From: Bacilli bacterium
Lineage (GTDB): Bacteria; Bacillota_I; Bacilli_A; RFN20; CAG-826
DNA length: 47,647 nucleotides
NCBI GenBank assembly: GCA_045601085.1
Contig: JAZRZD010000019.1
Span: 1-47,647, forward strand
Direction: 5' to 3'
Shown: positions 44,319 through 47,647 of the stretch, one piece after another
How the letters are laid out: each line of letters starts with the position of its first letter
How positions within the stretch are numbered: the stretch's first letter is position 1
Program-made: the position numbers and the translations under genes
The notes under the pieces: generated by a model
What the model was told of the DNA's origin: nothing
Database searches by the model: none
What the model saw: the letters and a program-made list of their open reading frames with translations, nothing else

Positions 44319-45434
44319 CTACTTATGCTTTTTTTCATTATTAATGATTAAGGGTTCATTATTAATTTTTCTAAAAAGAGATAAGTATTCATTACAAACA
44401 GTTTCAATAGAGTATAAATTTACATCACTTAAATTCTTTTTTGAAATATACGCATATAAATCTGAATCAGATAATAATTTAAGAATCATATCGAAACATG
44501 ATTCTTTATTATTTACATCAAACAATAAACCGTTTTCGCCATCTTTAATTACATCAGGAATTCCACCAACTTTTGTCGCAACAATAGGGAGCCCACAGTC
44601 CATTCCTTCTAATATTGATATTGGATTCCCTTCGTATAACGACGGCAAAATCATAATTTTTGACATCAAATAATAAGGATAAGGATCATTTACTTGCCCA
44701 GCAAAATGTATTTGACTGTTCAAATTGTTTTCTTGGACAAATCTTTGACAGTGAGTAAATGTTGGGCCATCACCTAAACAAATTAAAGATACAGTTTTGT
44801 TATATTTTTCCCTTAATTCCTTTATAACTTCTAATAAAAATATGTGGTTTTTAACGCTATTAAATCTAGCGCTCATGACGAGATCATACTTTTTATCATT
44901 ATTTATTAATCCATGGTTTTTAATATCTATTCCATTATAAATTGTGAATGCTTTAACATCATTACCATAAAACTTATAAATAGTATTTGTTATTTTGGGT
45001 GAAATTCCAACACCATAAAGCATATTCCTCTTAAAATACATTTTTCTTAATCTGCTTGAGTATTTATTAGTTTCTTTTTCTGCAATGTTATGGCAAGTAA
45101 AAACTAGATTCCATGGTTTTTGCTTTAAACCATATGCCAAAAAATATGTAGGCATCACAGATAAATGCATATGAATAATATCAGGTTCGAATTCTTCAAT
45201 AATTTCTCTTAATTTTTTCGCTGCTTTTAAGTCAAAGCCCTTCTTCTTGTCACAAGTTTTTAACCCAATATTCTTAAAAGAGAAAAAATCTCTGATTGCC
45301 TGGTCAACATTACTCCATAAAGAAACAACAATGACATCGTTTCCGCTTTTATTTATAGAATCAGATAAAGACATGACAAATGCTTCAGCCCCTGATTTTT
45401 TCTCTAACTCAAGGATTACTTCAAGAATTTTCAT
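44319..45434 (-). CDS. GT4 glycosyltransferase
   Basis: GAE, IYNG, R...KNH, PSLYEGNP...LE, VGGIP. Confidence 0.92.
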   Translation of the reverse strand: MKILEVILELEKKSGAEAFVMSLSDSINKSGNDVIVVSLWSNVDQAIRDFFSFKNIGLKTCDKKKGFDLKAAKKLREIIEEFEPDIIHMHLSVMPTYFLAYGLKQKPWNLVFTCHNIAEKETNKYSSRLRKMYFKRNMLYGVGISPKITNTIYKFYGNDVKAFTIYNGIDIKNHGLINNDKKYDLVMSARFNSVKNHIFLLEVIKELREKYNKTVSLICLGDGPTFTHCQRFVQENNLNSQIHFAGQVNDPYPYYLMSKIMILPSLYEGNPISILEGMDCGLPIVATKVGGIPDVIKDGENGLLFDVNNKESCFDMILKLLSDSDLYAYISKKNLSDVNLYSIETVCNEYLSLFRKINNEPLIINNEKKHK

Positions 45435-46729
45435 ATTTCTTCTGTTATCCTTTCTTTAAATAAATGAAACTTAATAGAAACAACTTCCTTAGTGTTAGTT
45501 AAACCAGCAAATGCAATTGGACAAGCATATGCGTAAATTTTTTGACTATTTAAAGCTACGCCAAGCATACTAGTTAAAAATAAAACCATAATTATAAAAA
45601 ACACATATTTATCTTTATCATCTGCTTTAAAATTTTTGAATGAAAATATAAATCCAGTATGGAAGAATAACGATCCTATTATTCCAAAATTACAAAATGA
45701 TTCAGAAATATTATTATGTGACCAGGCATTTACATAGTCAGTATGAGATGCATATCCCCATATTCCCCAACCAAATACAGGTTTTCTTAAAAACATTTCA
45801 AACCCTTCAACAAACATAGTAAGCCTTCCACTTGTACTAGAATCTGTAGAATGGCCACCTGGAATTTGTGTATGAAATATAAAATTAATAAAAGAGATTA
45901 ATCTCACTTTTAAACTTGCCAAGAAAGGAATAAAGCAAACTGCAAGAATAAACAAAAGCAATAATGATCCAATAATAATTAATGAAACCCACCACTTCTT
46001 TGTTCCCAACTTCATAAAAGAAAAAGCAATAATATCCACAATTAAGATAATTATAAAAATTTTGCTACCAGTGGATAAGCCAGCATATAAGAATAAAGAA
46101 CCCATTATGCCTGAGAAAACACGGAAAATAACTTCTTCTTTAAATAAGCATATATATGCTGAGACCGTTAAACCAAATGCCATAAATAATGAAATATCAT
46201 TAATATCGCCAAACAAATCTCCTAATCTATCAAAAGAAAAATGTATTAATTCATTAAAATATTGAATAAAAAATACACCTAAAAAGATTACTGTACCAAC
46301 ATAAGCAGAGAGAAGAAGAATCTTACGAATCCCTCCATTTGCTTTCGCATATGAATAAATAAAACAGGATACTAATGGCAATAGAACTGCTGTAGTACGG
46401 AAACTATTGATATTGTTTATTAATGTTGAGAAAATTGCACTTATACAAAACAAAACCAGGCTTATAGATACGGCATCAAGTTTAAAGCCATAAAATAAGA
46501 TACATGACAAAAACATACAGATTAAAAAACCAATGGTTAATATCCATGTCACAATATTGAGACCAGAAATAAATGAACAAGCCGGAATGGAAAAAAAGGC
46601 TAAAGCAAATAAAATTAAAGCAGCAATATCCAACGCAATATTAAACTTAGTTTTGTTTTGAAAGAATGGGGAAAAATAAGCTTTAATTGCGGAAATTAAT
46701 TTTATAGTATGCTTTTCTTGCATAGCCAC
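45431..46729 (-). CDS. O-antigen ligase / Wzy polymerase family membrane protein
   Basis: About 12 TM helices; TGSK, S...R, P.FG.G, SHNN; GTG start with SD GGAGG. Confidence 0.85.
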   Translation of the reverse strand: MAMQEKHTIKLISAIKAYFSPFFQNKTKFNIALDIAALILFALAFFSIPACSFISGLNIVTWILTIGFLICMFLSCILFYGFKLDAVSISLVLFCISAIFSTLINNINSFRTTAVLLPLVSCFIYSYAKANGGIRKILLLSAYVGTVIFLGVFFIQYFNELIHFSFDRLGDLFGDINDISLFMAFGLTVSAYICLFKEEVIFRVFSGIMGSLFLYAGLSTGSKIFIIILIVDIIAFSFMKLGTKKWWVSLIIIGSLLLLFILAVCFIPFLASLKVRLISFINFIFHTQIPGGHSTDSSTSGRLTMFVEGFEMFLRKPVFGWGIWGYASHTDYVNAWSHNNISESFCNFGIIGSLFFHTGFIFSFKNFKADDKDKYVFFIIMVLFLTSMLGVALNSQKIYAYACPIAFAGLTNTKEVVSIKFHLFKERITEEI

Positions 46730-47627
46730 TTATCTCCTCCCATTTCAAAATTATGTAAACAATCAACATTGTAATTGGAGTAACAGCAAAAAATGGAGAA
46801 ACAATAACAAATGTTGAAACAATACCATAGATTATCATCATTCCGCTAAGGACTAAAAAGGTACACAAAGCAAAGTTTTGATCGATTTTAGCTTTTTCAG
46901 AAAGGAAATAGAATAAACCCATTTGTGCAAAAAGTAGCGCAAATATAGATATGTACAATGCAATGTCATATTGATTCTCTATCGAGTAAAACTCTCTAGT
47001 TATTTTTGTATTAACTGAATACAACTCTCTCGTTCTATCGTATGTTAAAATTTTATACTCTGTATTTTCGCCATTATACCCTAATGAGAGACATCGATTA
47101 ATTGAAGTTGAAAAACAATATGGCGACCTTTTTAAGTCAATGTCAAATTTTAGATTAAATAAGGGTCTAATGTTCCATTGATCATAAAATAAACAGAAAT
47201 TCTCATTAAATTCTTTCACTCTTGGGCCTGTTTTTTTATCACTATGCAATATGTTGTTGATGCAAAATTTAACAATTCTATCATCTACATTAATTGGTAG
47301 TATAGCGTATTCTTCTTTTGTTATTAAATCCACATAAGGATCATCACTCTCAATGCCATAATAGTTAACTAATTTGTCTGCAAGAATATCAGATATAAAA
47401 ATAAAAGATTCACAATCAAATCTAATATCCAAGTAACCTCTATGTCCAAGTAGTTCATCGCAATAATATGAAGAGAAAAGATTATTATCCAATAAATATC
47501 CGCCTTCTTCATCTTCAACACTACGAATTGAATAGGTGTCTTGACAATGGAGTTGAATAGATTCGCCATCTAAAAAAGAAACTTGATAGTTTTGATCAGT
47601 ATATTGCCTTACCCCATAAACTAACAT
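46683..47627 (-). CDS. Hypothetical membrane protein, possibly 5'-truncated by the window edge
   Basis: Large soluble region followed by three C-terminal TM helices; the frame stays open to position 47647. Confidence 0.6.
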   Translation of the reverse strand: MLVYGVRQYTDQNYQVSFLDGESIQLHCQDTYSIRSVEDEEGGYLLDNNLFSSYYCDELLGHRGYLDIRFDCESFIFISDILADKLVNYYGIESDDPYVDLITKEEYAILPINVDDRIVKFCINNILHSDKKTGPRVKEFNENFCLFYDQWNIRPLFNLKFDIDLKRSPYCFSTSINRCLSLGYNGENTEYKILTYDRTRELYSVNTKITREFYSIENQYDIALYISIFALLFAQMGLFYFLSEKAKIDQNFALCTFLVLSGMMIIYGIVSTFVIVSPFFAVTPITMLIVYIILKWEEISGYARKAYYKINFRN

Positions 47628-47647
47628 ATTGTTATAAAAATTATTAT

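Noticed and set aside
45431-45434. Mollicute-type recoding of TGA as Trp
   Set aside because: TGA ends the wzy-like gene in a classic ATGA overlap, and long genes are intact under code 11 with Trp as TGG.
2674-47569. Short antisense or nested ORFs in the six-frame track (e.g. 2674-2994, 5945-6280, 22821-23096, 31825-32139, 42891-43250, 44272-44673)
   Set aside because: They lie within or opposite well-supported genes and show no motifs or initiation signals; they are shadow ORFs.

Overview
AT-rich (roughly 30% GC by eye) chromosomal window from a low-GC Firmicute using genetic code 11. The compact gene order resembles uncultured gut or rumen Bacilli/Erysipelotrichales-like lineages; this is inference, not a placement. 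Left to right: two glycosyltransferases, an ArsB/NhaD permease and a GH3 beta-glucosidase; a 15-kb array of seven lipoprotein genes (6572-21522); a condensed housekeeping block (pth-mfd-ftsH-dusB-lysS-rpsF-ssb-rpsR); metabolic genes (enoate-reductase-like flavoenzyme, FNT channel, upp, thyA-folA); and the end of a surface-polysaccharide locus. The standout is the array. It holds three paralogous ~900-aa lipoproteins (family B) with the layout caspase-like (clan CD) domain, InlB-B repeat, DUF6273-like domain, NlpC/P60-like domain, and they show reciprocal loss of catalytic residues. One copy keeps the caspase His-Cys dyad but lacks the NlpC/P60 Cys; the other two keep the NlpC/P60 Cys-His but lack both caspase residues. 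They are interleaved with three His/Cys-repeat lipoproteins (family A) and a lipid-anchored CX5R phosphatase. Secondary observations: mfd probably starts at ATT, many genes look leaderless, and one GT2 has QxxRW changed to QxxRC. No rRNA, tRNA, CRISPR array, integrase or transposase was seen. All domain calls come from motif recognition, not database searches.
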